A stretch of 64,000 nt of DNA from Candidatus Altimarinota bacterium (GTDB lineage Bacteria; Patescibacteriota; Gracilibacteria; BD1-5; UBA2023): contig JAYTZT010000001.1 in assembly GCA_043741945.1 (NCBI GenBank), positions 152,559 to 216,558 on the forward strand, written 5' to 3'. A model generated the notes under the pieces. That model saw only the letters and a program-made list of their open reading frames with translations. It was not told the DNA's origin and made no database searches. Shown here one piece after another: positions 11,332 through 23,242 of this stretch; position 1 is the stretch's first letter; the number at the start of each line of letters is the position of its first letter. The translations under genes and the position numbers were made by a program.

Positions 11332-11982
11332 ATGTTCATAGTTCATATCATCACCCTCTTTCCAGAGAGTATACGACCATATCTCGATTCCAGTATTATG
11401 CAAAGAGCCCAACAAAAGGGGCTCTTTCAGTATGTACTATATAATCTCACAGATTATAGTGTAAAAAGCACAAGACGTGTAGATGATCGACCCTATGGCG
11501 GATGAGCAGGTACTCTGATTACAGTAGAGCCTCTTACCAGATGTTTGCGCTACATCGAAAGTACCTATAGCAAAATGCCTATACTCCTTATGAGTCCTCG
11601 AGGTGATAACCTCTCACAAGAACTCTCACAAGAACTCTCCGAAAAATCGAACCAATATACGATTATCTGTGGACATTATGAAGGAGTTGATGCTCGGATA
11701 CTAGAGTTATTTGATATTCGTGAAGTCTCAATCGGTACATATGTAGTCTCTAGTGGAGAACTTGCATCGCTCGTCATGATCGATAGTATGGTAAGACTCA
11801 TACCCTGAGTTCTCTCTATTGCATCACTCTGAGAAGAGAGCTTCTCAGAAGGTCTGGGTGGAAAAAAAGAATATCCACAATATTCACGTCCTGAAGTATT
11901 CGAATGAATCAGTGTACCTCATATTTTGCTTTCAGGAGATCTAAAAGAAATCCAAAAATGGAAAATAAAAAATCTCTTATAA
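11332..11982 (+). CDS. trmD: tRNA (guanine37-N1)-methyltransferase
   Basis: MFIVHIITLFPE...VDDRPYGG(TGA)AGTL...ICGHYEGVDARI...VVSSGELASLVMIDSMVRLIPG. Same frame as ORF 11545..11808, ending at TAA 11980-11982. Confidence 0.92.
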
Positions 11983-11998
11983 TAAGAGATTTTTATTT
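11968..11998 (+). terminator. rho-independent terminator overlapping the trmD stop
   Basis: AAAAATCTCTTA-TAA-TAAGAGATTTTT 12-bp stem followed by a T-rich tail. Confidence 0.6.
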
Positions 11999-12035
11999 CT
12001 GTAGATCACATATATTCAACCGGAAGAAATACTAA

Positions 12036-12070
12036 TATAGCCTTCCTAACTCTAGGATAGAAAGGCTATA
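12036..12070. terminator. hairpin between convergent trmD and the 623-aa gene
   Basis: TATAGCCTT ... AAGGCTATA 9-bp stem with an inner CCTA/TAGG extension, 7 nt from the minus-strand TAA at 12077-12079. Confidence 0.45.
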
Positions 12071-12076
12071 AATAAA

Positions 12077-13948
12077 TTATGGATTAGTAACAGAACGAAC
12101 TGGAACTACATACCTATCTATTTTCCCATCTTGTGTGATAAATGGTACTGATATTCCACCGATCTCGACTCCTACATACGGTGATTTCAGATATTCGCGA
12201 TATCTTCACTCCTGTAGTAGATCTAGAAATCCAGAAATACGTATGATTGAATCATGCAGTGCCATAAGTGCATATTGTTGCTCCCCAGGAGCATACAGTG
12301 GTGCAATACCCTCATAAATATTTCGGAGAATAGTATAGATTGTCTCGAGATTGTCTTTTATCTTGTTATCAAACTGAACGTTGTCACCGTCGAGATATTG
12401 TTTATCAAGATAGATCTTGTTATCCAAACTGAATGCATAAGTTCCATAGAGTGATCTACTAATCGTATTGGCAATCGGCGCATAGAATTGTATAATGAGA
12501 GTCTGATAGGCTGATTTCTGTAGATCTGGATCTATGAGTCCCTGGATGTATTTCTTTGTGGCTCAGAATAGAGTCTCGATAAGAGCATATGTGGCATCCG
12601 ATGAAAGAGATTCTTGGGTAAACATTTGTTTATCCTGTGCCTTTTGAAGAAGTTGATATGCATAGAGTGCAATATCAAAATAATCTTTGGACTCTATATT
12701 CGCATTTTCGAGTGTTCTCTTGAGCCCTTCAGCAGTTGGTGAATACGTATCTATACCAGAAAATGTAGGATCTCGTCGTTGAGAGATAATATTACGAGAA
12801 TAGATATCAGAGAGGTATTGGAAAAATTTTCACTTACCACTGTCTGGAGTAATACCTAGAATACTTGCAGTCTCAAGATATATAGTATTGAATTGTGCAT
12901 TTGCTACATTCCCGAATATAGCAAAACGAGCATCCGTAAGAAATGACTCAAGTGTTAACTGGACACTATTCCCTTTTACCAGTTCTTGTGACTCTGAATG
13001 GATTTTCTCGATCTTCTCACGAAAAACTGATGCGTCCATCTGGGATTGCACTGCTCGTGATAGCACTGCCCTCAGATCATCAAGAACATAATGATTTCTT
13101 TTGCTCGGATTATATATGAGACTACTGAGTTCACTAGAGGCCAGACCCCTATTACTGCTATAGTTTTTGATGAGGTCTACTTGTTTGATACGATCACGAA
13201 AAAGAAGGTGTAACATCTGAAATAGTGGACGAGTAGATATCGGCAGACGATACACGAAAAATATATCCTCACCTTTTCCACTATCAACTCGTGGATTGAT
13301 AAACTCAAGTCCCGTGATCTTCGAATTTTTCTCATCGCCAAGTACGAGCATAATACGGAAAAGATCAGCTCATTTGAGTTCTCGACTAGCTTGAGGATCA
13401 AACCTGATATACATACCTGGAAACAGTATCATATTCGTCATCTTATTTCCCTGATCAAAAAAGGAAAGATCCAAAACAACGTCAATCGAATATATAGAAA
13501 CTGTCCCATCAGGTTCATCTGATATATAGAAACTGCCATTCGTAATCTGACTGACTTGATAGGTCATATCAGTAGGATGCATATTATAATACATAAATGG
13601 ATCATACAATGAAACAATTCCTTGAAGATCTTTAAAAAAGATATCATGGCTTCCTGAGAAAGATAGCAGTGGAGATGATGTACCCATTACAAAGGCTGTA
13701 GCCAATCTCCCAAATTCCAGAGAAAGAAATCCTGAAGCCGTAGAACCAGTAGAATATGCTGAGTAATCGATATTTTGCGATCATTTGCTGTCAGTTACTA
13801 TGCTTGCAATACGTTGTTTGATTTGATGTGTTCCAGATGTTGTGACATTATTGGTTGTGAAACTACCAAATACGAAAGATCAATATACAAAAAAAGCTGA
13901 AAGAGCAGTCGCAAATACTAGAATGAGAATATTCCTGAAGATAGTCAT
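12077..13948 (-). CDS. hypothetical secreted or membrane-anchored protein (623 aa)
   Basis: ATG 13946-13948 (MTIFRNILILVFATALSAFFVY). Same-frame ORFs 13370..13705, 12830..13351 and 12206..12427 join through TGA. The gap 12428..12829 was checked and has no TAA/TAG in frame. Ends at TAA 12077-12079. No motif recognised. Confidence 0.7.
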
Positions 13949-13992
13949 GAAATGATAGTATCATATCTCATGATTAAAAGCAAAAAATGAGA

Positions 13993-15009
13993 CTATCTGC
14001 AACCATCATGAATGAAATCCTTCTCAATCATATCTATGATATCATCCCGACCCCTGAGAATGATACCCATTTCTCTATTATTCTCGATCGCATTGTTCGT
14101 GAGATTATGACTGCCGATAAATACTCGAGTATGGTCTACAATGATGACTTTCGCATGGAGATAGGGTTTTCGGATCATTTTCCAATGCCAAGATGGAAAC
14201 TCGAGCATACGACTCCGATTTGATTCATTATCTGCAGTGCATATTTCTATATTTTTCTTCTGATGATAGAGTTCTCAAATAAGGGTCAGCATATGTTCAT
14301 CATCAAGGGTTTGTACATATATCACGAGATCTCTTTGGGTAGACAGTATAAGGGTCTCGATTTTGGATCTGGCATCAAGCGGTGACATGACCATATGAGA
14401 TGGAATACTCGAGATATCCTTGTATCCCATATGTGTAGAATCTGCTCGAAATACAGTCTCAAGAAACTCGAGTGTAGTAATATCGTTTGCGGTATAGATA
14501 TATTCCCGATTTTTGGTAAAAAATGATGCCGTCCAGTTCCCGGTACTAATACAGTAAGTATTGTCAATAATCCAGAACTTCGCATGTGTAAAAGAATACC
14601 GGTGATTATCGGCATATACAACATTGATTCCTGCATCTTTGAGTTTTTTGGCTATTGGCATATTGATACGAGGAGTTCCGAAAACATTGCCCTCAAGTAC
14701 TACCGATACATCGACTCATCGAATAAATGCTCTAATAATTGGATCTATTAATTTGGCAGCATCCGTCCAAGTATATATTTCGATCCAGATTCGATTTTTG
14801 GCATTCTCTATGCGACTTAGTAGTTCATTCTGAGTATACGAATTTGGGAGAGACTCTACTCGACCATCAAATTTGGGTAGTTCTATAGGTGCTACGCTTA
14901 TTTGGGATCATATCTCCGGATTTTCACGAAAAAAATGCTCATGATACGGATTGGAACAACCCGAAATAAGAAGAAGAGGAATAAGAATATAGATTTTTAA
15001 AAGAATCAG
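13993..15009 (-). CDS. phospholipase D / cardiolipin synthase-like protein with two HKD motifs, probable lipoprotein (start codon unresolved)
   Basis: HKD motifs FTHAKFWIIDN..STGNWT and YLHAKVIIVDH..IGSHNLT in same-frame ORFs 14275..14661 and 13993..14208. The frame stays open upstream to a lipobox (ILIPLLLISGCSNP), but there is no ATG/GTG/TTG between it and the in-frame TAG at 15061-15063. Confidence 0.8.
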
Positions 15010-15140
15010 AAAATGAAATGTAACTACTTCTTTATAGTGAACTCTGACTTCTGATGATAGCTATGTAGATCTTCGATACTCCCAAATAGTGAGCGTTCTT
15101 CATCTGAATACCGAGAAAGAGCATTTACAAGTGCATAGAT

Positions 15141-15575
15141 TTTACCCACTTTTGGCACATAGTGAGCTCGGAAATCACCCTCAGCGGCAGATGAGCGAAT
15201 GAATAACGATCCATATTTGAAAAGATATCACCACATACTATTTTTACTCACAGCGGAGTCTCGGATATTACGGTAACGAACATTCATTGCATATTGGGAC
15301 CAGAGTCCATTACGGATCGATAGTGTTACTTTCTGATTGCCGATCATGAGCCAAGAGTGATGCCAGAGATAGTGATCATATGCAATGAGCAGTGCAGAAA
15401 TGATGAAAAATAAGAGAAGGGTGATAAACCAAGAGTACCCCGAGAGAAAATAAGCAATTATCGCCAGAGGAATCGCTACAACTATAATGAGTTTGAGGGA
15501 GCTGATGACAGGTATAATCCAATGCTGATGAGTTTTATAGAGAATTTTTTCTTCAAAAATTGGTTTCACAGACAT
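15141..15575 (-). CDS. bacterial PH-domain (YdbS/YdbT-like) membrane protein
   Basis: ORF 15228..15575 shows two TM helices followed by a bPH-like segment. It continues through TGA 15228 and 15174 to TAA 15141-15143. Confidence 0.5.
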
Positions 15576-15598
15576 ATAGGAAGTGATAAAGTATAATA

Positions 15599-16363
15599 CT
15601 AGTGATGTCCATGATCAGGGGCTGTCAATGCTGGAAGTGCTGGTGCACTCCCGTGTCATTCTCATCCCACTCCGACCTCATGAAACTCGACACGATACGC
15701 AGTATCCTCAGCCTTCCGATAGAATCCTATATGTGATAGATTATAAAAAATAGAAAGCGCCACTGCACTAACTATATTAGATAGCAGTAGCTTGTAGAGC
15801 ATCAGGAGTATACCGAGTGGTATAATTACGTCCTTATGTCCCATAATAAAACCAAATACTGCCGAAGAGTGAATCACATTCTGATAATACCAATTATCTC
15901 GAAACCAGACAAATATAGTGCCCACTTGAAATACATAGGTCTGTTCAATCATATAAAAAAGTACTGAAATTGCTGAAAATATCAGAAACATTCCCACAAA
16001 AAGATACTGTAAAATATACATACCTTGATTGGTCGTCTCAGAAATAACGAGACCTCCATGAAGTGGAAAAAGTATAGCCAGCAAAAAAACAGCATATACT
16101 GCTATACTAATAATGAGTACTGCGAAAGGAAATGGGAACAAGCCACCAGCGGTCCCCATCGGTCCATTTCCGAGTAGGAGTACTGAGAGAAGAATATATA
16201 TACCGAGACCTACCATGGCACCAAATGCAATTTCATAAAGAGTATGAAGTGTCCATGAATAGTACATAATCATTGTCATAAAAAATAAAACAAAGAAAAA
16301 TATAATATCAAATTCACTTACCTGGAATGTTTGTGCAAATGCAGTAACAAAACCCATATACAA
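15599..16363 (-). CDS. integral membrane protein (about 7 TM), His-rich C-terminal tail, function unknown
   Basis: ORF 15662..16363 is strongly hydrophobic. It continues through two TGA codons (GGEGHGSAPALPALTAPDHGHH) to TAG 15599-15601. Confidence 0.65.
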
Positions 16364-16417
16364 TCAATTAACTATTAGATATAGTGTATGAAAGACAGAA
16401 CGAAAGGCAAGCGATTT

Positions 16418-16891
16418 TTATACTTTGATTTTGAGGCTCGTTAGATATGCGATGGCAAGAGCATCAGCCGCATCATCAGGTTTCGGGATTTCCTTAAGTC
16501 CGAGTACCATTTTGAGAGCTTTTTGGACTTGGGCTTTTTTGGCAAAACCATTTCCTGCAATCCCCTGCTTCACTTGCAGTGGTGTAAACTCGATGAGAGG
16601 AATCCCCCGAGCAGCAAGCATATAGACCATGACTCCGCGTGCCTGAGCTACATCGATACCATTGGTAACATTGCGCAAAAAAAATAACCTCTCCATTCCA
16701 CATATAATCGGACGGTAAGTATCGAGTATCTCTGTGAGATCAGATCCAATCTGTACCAGTCTATCAGAAAATGATACTCCAGGTTTTGTTGTAATAACTC
16801 AATATTCTAGTATCCTAACTATCTTGCCCTCCTTCTCGAGGACGGCAAATCAAGTCGTTGCAATTCATGGATCTATACCGAGGATTATCAT
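16418..16891 (-). CDS. ruvC: crossover junction endodeoxyribonuclease RuvC
   Basis: MIILGIDPG(TGA)IATTG(TGA)FAVLE... joins ORF 16418..16696 (GIAGNGFAKKAQVQKAL...PDDAADALAIAY). Ends at TAA 16418-16420. Confidence 0.92.
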
Positions 16892-16898
16892 GAAATGA

Positions 16899-17708
16899 TT
16901 ATATAGAAAATATCATTTCAAAGAAACTTTTATAAATTGTTTCATCGATTACTAATTCTCGTATTCTTTTGGCATCGCTGTAACTTACTTTGGCTTCATG
17001 CCGCTTGCGTGAGAATACCTCGAGTTCTATGAGATCGGTGAATGGGAGGAAACAAGTATCAGAAATGAGTATTTCAAATAATTTAGGGATTTCCTTTTTC
17101 CAGTATGTGATAAGACGCTCAATGTTAGATGAGAGGGGTTCATCTTCACGGATCATATAAACTATCTGATAGAGTCGGCCTATAGAGAGAGTATAGTTCT
17201 TGTGGAGAATATTCTCTATGTCTCGATCGAGTGCTTCAGATTCCCGTCGTTGCAACGAATGTGATAATCTAGTGATAAAAAGTGACTTTATTTTGCCTTC
17301 CGGATTGATTTGTATCTCGCGATGACAGAGACGAAATGGAGCAACCAAGCGATCCTCTATCCAGGCATCGAATATTTTCTGATAAGCGAGCACAATTGGA
17401 AGAGCATCCATGTGAGGATATTGTTGGAGTGTCTGCCAATATATTTCGGCATCAATAAGTCGCTCAAGAGTATATTTTGGCGCATTTTTGAGAGAATTAT
17501 CGAATTGTTTTAGAATTCTTCGAGTGAGGATATCGAGTCACTCTGCTTCAAATATATTATGTATAGCGGTACGAGTTTTTTTTGTCGATTGTTCTTTTTG
17601 GATACGGAGAATTGAAGTAGCAACCTCACGACGCATCCACTTTTCGGCAAGTTCAATGCGTCATTTGAGTTCGATATTCTCGCGGATGATATCATCTTTT
17701 TTTAACAT
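16899..17708 (-). CDS. hypothetical protein (269 aa)
   Basis: ATG 17706-17708 (MLKKDDIIRENIELKG...) reads through TGA 17661 and 17538 into ORF 16899..17411, ending at TAA 16899-16901. No motif recognised. Confidence 0.6.
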
Positions 17709-17753
17709 AGTGTGATTGTAGCACATATATCTCACGGGATCAAGTAGATCTCA

Positions 17754-18500
17754 CTAGCCAGCAACAATTATCTCTTTAATGAATTCGTGGGTCATATGTG
17801 GTCCAATAGTTTTTTTGTAATCAATACCCACTTCTACTGCTGCGTAGTCATTGCCTCCTGGGAAGATCGCATCTCCAATAAATAACATCTCCACAAGAGG
17901 AATTGAGAGATATTTTTCCATCTGATATATTCAATATTTTTTATCTACTCATTTACGTGTAACATCGATAGTTGTAGCTCCACCAACCCGAGACTCATAT
18001 TGTGGGATTTTTTTCTGGAGATATGGTAACATCGAGAGCCGCTTCTTCTGATCCGGATCCCACATAGATTTGATTGGAGGAGGACACTGTTGTCCAAGAG
18101 CTGACCACGATACCTGAGTACCACGATCTTCAATTTGGTCACCGTAGAGAGGTCACTCTGTCACTACCGCTGCTTCAAGCTGAGCCTCTTTAAGAGCTAG
18201 AAATATTTTCTGGATATCCTCGGGAGCAAGTCGCTCTTCATATACATTCATCCATTCCCCTTTCTGAAAATGAAAATATGAAGCTCAACAAGTAGGAAAA
18301 AGATACAAATTATCGAATCTAGCATCAGATGGAAGCTGAGAAATAACTTGTTTGAGAATCTGTTCATATTTTCCTCCTGTAATAATAGCGACTTTTTTGA
18401 TCTTGAGAAGTTGAGCAAGCGCTATTGCCATCTCAGGCTGTATCTGAGATTTGCTCTCGGCGAGTGTATCATCGAGATCAAATATAATGAGTGAATGCAT
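17754..18500 (-). CDS. HAD-superfamily (IIB-like) hydrolase / sugar phosphatase or phosphomutase-like
   Basis: MHSLIIFDLDDTL (DxDxT motif), VAIITGGKYEQI, and C-terminal LFIGDAIFPGGNDYAA. ORF 18285..18500 extended through four TGA codons to TAG 17754-17756, checked codon by codon. Confidence 0.75.
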
Positions 18501-18531
18501 AAGTATGAAAAGTTATAAAAGTGGAACTATA

Positions 18532-18652
18532 AGAATTTTTCGAAAACAAGACGGTCGAGTTAGAAATATTTTTTCGAAAGTAGCTTCCTAATAGGAAGTG
18601 ACTGAGAAATAAATTTTTCTAACAAAGAAATTAGCAGTTTTTCAAAAATTCT
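18532..18652. other. long imperfect palindrome (about 120 nt) upstream of the HAD gene
   Basis: Matching arm blocks: AGAATTTTT / AAAAATTCT, GAAAAC / GTTTTTC, TTAGAAA / TTTCTAA, and a central CTTCC-TAATA-GGAAG hairpin (18584..18598). The right arm overlaps the last codons of the FemAB-like gene. Confidence 0.5.
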
Positions 18653-19517
18653 AGAAAAATTTGATCCACATATCGTGAAAATAGACATCATAGTCCGCAA
18701 TCGCAGACTTGAATTGAGTATATCCAGCATATGCCTTTAATTGTCCACTATCTTGCATATGATCGAAGTCACAGTATTTTATTCATAATTCGTATGAGTC
18801 AAGAAACCAGCGATCTATCAGGGCAATCCCGATATGAAATGGATGAGAATCTCTATGATAAAAAGAAACCCAGTACTCACTCGTAACACCCTCATCGATA
18901 AAGAGAGCACCTGCAAGAACGCGACCATCAACGCGAGCAATATATATCCGATATCCTGAGCCTACCTCTTTAAATAGCTTGTTTGTTATACGGATACGAG
19001 ACATTTTATCTCTATCAAATACTGGAGTATCTCTGTAAAGGTTAAGGAATTCATCTAATGAGCAATCCGTAAAGATTTCTATAGTTCCATTTTCGATATT
19101 TTTGAGGACTTTACGTCTATGTGCTCTCGCGGAGGCTGTCCACTTGTTCCAATAATCAGCTCGATCAAATATAGAAAATGCTGAGCGAGATGAATGGATA
19201 TCTCTTTTGGTGAACCAAGTTGGCACTCTCCACCATCCTAGAGGCTTATCCATTTTTCTCATGGGAGTCCACCAAATGATTCCATTAGATACTCAGGATT
19301 TTTGGAGTTTTTCCGTTGTGACTTCGATATCATTTTTCTCTACTATGACACTCCAGAATCCGGGAAATATCTGAAACGCTGTAAAAAATTCATTTCACTT
19401 ACCTATACGATTGATTATTACGCTTGTATACTTTTTATAATAGTCAAAAAATATCCGAGAGCCTGTTCGGTAATAACTAAAATCTATAGGAATGAGAGAA
19501 CGAGAGAGAGTTTTCAT
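18651..19517 (-). CDS. FemAB-like / GNAT (Acetyltransf_6-type) acyltransferase
   Basis: ATG 19515-19517 joins ORF 18783..19262 through TGA codons to TAG 18651-18653. Overall pattern (ARAHRRKVLKNI..., YRIYIARVDGRVLAGALFIDEGVTSEYWVSFY) resembles the FemAB/CelD-like acyltransferase fold. Assignment is by eye only. Confidence 0.45.
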
Positions 19518-19520
19518 AAA

Positions 19521-20153
19521 TTAGATATTCACAATATGATAACTCCTCGCATAACCAACTCATGACTGTAGAACCATACCCCATGGAATCCTATGCTTGG
19601 CGATCTTACCACTATACTCTGTGTACGGTGGAAAGCTATAATAGTTCTGATCGGCAACCACAATATTCCTAGGTTTTCCGAGAATATCTCTCTCAATTTT
19701 GAGAAGTATGGCGACATGTTTGCGACTCGCGAGAGCAAGTGAATAATCAGACTTACCATCGAAACAAGCGATCATCATACCTCGGTACTGAGAGAGGTCT
19801 TTGGCCTGAGGAGTATTGATGAAGTCTACCAGAGAAATCCCTGGTTTCCATCCACTAGTTGGGGTCAATCTCCGATCAGAAACTGCCTTCGCAAAAGCAA
19901 CACACTGACCACTATATCCGACCTCAGAGAATTGTGGATACTCACTATTTCATGAGTATATTACAGAACCTGGATTGGGATTATATGCCATCATCATCAG
20001 ATATTCCATATCAACAGGCCTATTTGGCTCCAATGGATTATGAGTATTGAGTATTTTACCTCATGGTACAATACCACTCTTCCAGTATCATGCAGGGATA
20101 CCACTATTATACCATGGAAGTGTGAATGCAAGGGGGGATTGGATGAAGGACAT
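19521..20153 (-). CDS. CHAP-domain (cysteine/histidine amidohydrolase-peptidase) protein, no signal peptide
   Basis: ATG 20151-20153 through four TGA codons into ORF 19560..19868, ending at TAA 19521-19523. Catalytic Cys context YSGQCVAFAKAV and His context RKHVAILLKI with CHAP-like spacing. Confidence 0.55.
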
Positions 20154-20762
20154 TTATTTTGTAGATAATAAGATCTTAATACCAAGAATAGCAAGGATTC
20201 CTCACATAATCTTATTTAGGTAATATTGCACTGATGATATATGTGATTTGACAGATCTTATATTAATAAGAGTTGCCAGTATAACAAACCATAATCCAAC
20301 GATACTCGCCATCATAATTCCATAGCCAACTTGAGTCATAAGTGAAGTATTTGAGTTTATCACTTGTGTGAATACTGAAAGAAAAAATAAAGTTGCTTTT
20401 GGATTGAGCACATTCGTGATAAAACCTTGGCGAAATGCAGAAACTAGTGACTGATTCATGGAAGCTTCTATAGATTCAGATTCATTCTTTCAAGAACGGA
20501 ACAATTGATAAGAAATATAGAGAAGATAGAGTGCTCCAAATATTTTGATTACTGAAAAAAGAACAATTGACTGTGAGATAATAATCCCAATTCACGCAAT
20601 ACAGTATGCCACATGTACCAATGTAGCCAATCACACGCCAAGAGCGGTCATGTAAGCGAGTTTCTTTGTTTTCAGGGCATTCTTCACAACAATAATCATA
20701 TCTGGGCCAGGTGATATGGCTGAAAGAAGAGTTATAGATGCAAGGATAAAAAGTTCAGTCAT
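20154..20762 (-). CDS. LysE/RhtB-family amino-acid exporter
   Basis: MTELFILASITLLSAISPGPDMIIVVKNAL... joins ORF 20202..20459. The gap was checked codon by codon. TAA 20154-20156 abuts the next start. Confidence 0.8.
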
Positions 20763-20786
20763 AGTATGTGAGAAAGATAAAAAAAA

Positions 20787-22568
20787 TTATACCAATTTCT
20801 CAAACTCCTCCACCATCTTCTCAACCTCTCGGAGTCCAGACTGATAGAAGTCTACTGAAGCGATATCTATACCATATCGAGAGAGGATATCTCGAGGTCG
20901 CTCAGATCCTCCTGAACGCAGAATATCCTTGTAATCTTCTTTTGTTAACTCACCAGATTGTACCTTGTTATAGAGTGTAAAAGTGAGCAAATTGCCAAAA
21001 GCATACGAATAACAATAAAAGGGAGTATGGAAAATATGGGGAATCATAGACCATCCGCTCTCATCCTCGGGGGGTATATCATGGACTACTGTACCAGCAT
21101 AGAGCGACTCCTGTGAGTTTCTCCACATCCGATTGAGATCCTTGTATGAGAGTTCTTCTCCTGTATGGATCTGAGTATGGACAGATCGCTCGAAGATAAC
21201 ATACTGTACTTGACGAAAAATAGTGGAGAATATATCTCACAGTCGCTCATTGAGGTATTCTCTATATTCTTCTGGAGTGATGAGAGACTTTATTTTTTCC
21301 CCAAGTAACATCTCTGAAAAAATAGAGGCAGTTTCTGCCATAGAAAGGGCTGAATCATATACGGGATCTTCTTGTCACTGAGAAAGATGACCATGTATGG
21401 CATGTCCGAGCTCATGTGAGATCGTCGAAACATCTCTGAGCTTCCCTGTGAAATTGAGAAGAACAAATGACTCTTCTCATTTTCGATACGAGGCATAGGC
21501 TCCACCTCTCTTCCCTGCAGTAGGAAAAACATCTATACGTTCCTCTTCAATCATCTTTTTGGAATACTCATAGAAATCAGTATCAAAGTCCTTCATCACG
21601 GAGAGATGGAGATCATATGCTTCATCAAATGTGAATGACTTATCTACGGTTCCCAGTGGGGCACCGATATCATAAGTCGCAAAATTTTCCTGAAGTCACA
21701 ACATTTTTGCCTTGGCACGCAGAAATCTCTGATACAGTGGGTAGGCTCACTCTACCTCTGAAAGGAGCATATCGACGACTCCATCATCCATCTCTTCAGA
21801 TATATTACGCTGTGCCATGACGGTATCTGGATAGCCTCGCATCTTGATCTCTGAGCTCCAGTCCTTCACAATACTCGTATAGATATTTCCAAGTGATATC
21901 TGAGTTTGTTTAGAATTATATATCCGACGCAGAGATTCAGAGGATTCTCTGCGTACATTGCGATTGGTATGTTGGCGATAGCTCCTGACTTCTTCTTCGC
22001 TGAGTTTTTTTTCTTCACCCTCTATCATCATCGTGAACTCATAGGATCCTGTGAGCTCATCATGGAGGGAATTTGCGAGTCCTAGAGGACGAGACTTTAG
22101 ATTGAGGACTTTTTCTTCGGCTTCTCAGAGAATATATCGGATACTGGTAGCTGTAGAGAGGAGATCATTTTTATATTTTTCAAGGGATGGGTTATTTGCC
22201 CAAGATATTATTTGGTCATATCCTATTTTTTTCCAACCCTGAGCCACAAAAAGGAGTCGATTCGAGGCTTCAGTATAGATATACTCTATCTCGCCCATCC
22301 GCTTCGTAATGGCGAGATCCTGAGTATCGAGAGAGGATCGATAGAAGAGATAGTAGCTCGGCGTTGCTATATTGTGAGACATAGCAGTATAATCTGCATA
22401 AAAATCAAGTATTTGATCAGACGTTGTAAAAGTATGAAAAGTCTGCTCATACTTTAGAACAAATTTCTCAGTAAGTGGAAGGATATTAGCAACATCACTA
22501 GCGAGATTGCTATCATCGAGTCCAGTATAAAAGTAGCGGGAAAGATTCCACTTGGTTGGATATGTCAT
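20787..22568 (-). CDS. pepF: oligoendopeptidase F (M3B metallopeptidase)
   Basis: Same-frame ORFs 22125..22568, 21747..22031 and 20787..21128. The HELGH zinc motif is in frame at 21402..21416 (TISHELGHAIHG). Confidence 0.85.
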
Positions 22569-22571
22569 ATA

Positions 22572-23171
22572 TTATCTTTTAAAATGTAAAAATTTCAGGA
22601 GAACTTCCCGAGTAGCGAGCATATCGCCCCGAGCAGTATGTGCCTCATATCCTGTAACATGGAATACTTCCGTAAGTCATCCAGGTTTTGAGAGACTCGT
22701 ACTCTTAAATGGAAGTGGAATATTATTATATCTCGCAATAGCATTTGCCTGATTCGCTATCGACTTGGTATCAATGATGTCATTACCGAGTGAATCCATA
22801 AGAATACTCCGACGAGACCGATCAAACACACTCGAGAGGAATATTATATCTGCCGTGATATACTGTCCTATAATTATCGGCTTCTCAGAAATAAAATAAG
22901 TATCAAAAAAACCGGTAAAAACATCACAAAACTCCTCATATGAACGACCTGCTGCGATACGATCAAGAGTGAATCCATTGTATTCCAGTGCTGCTCTATC
23001 GATGACAATATCCTCAGGAGGACAAAGATCCATAAGGAGCTCGCCGATAATCTCAAATTGTGCGTCGAGTACCATCATACCTATTTCAATCACACCATGC
23101 TGAAAAGGGTTCAGACCTGTCATCTCGAGGTCCATCAGGAGATATGTTCATTTTTTAGGTTGATTTTCCAT
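22572..23171 (-). CDS. DEDD-family 3'-5' exonuclease (DnaQ/epsilon-like)
   Basis: MENQPKK(TGA)TYLLMDLEMTGLNP (Exo I DxE), IIIGQYITADIIFL (Exo II), and after TGA 22677 the EAHTARGDMLAT (Exo III H-x4-D) motif. Ends at TAA 22572-22574. Confidence 0.8.
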
Positions 23172-23242
23172 GCAAAAAGGCTAGGATACAGGCAGCGTAT
23201 TGCCGCTCAGTGTATAGAGATTTCCTTATCTGTCAACCAATC

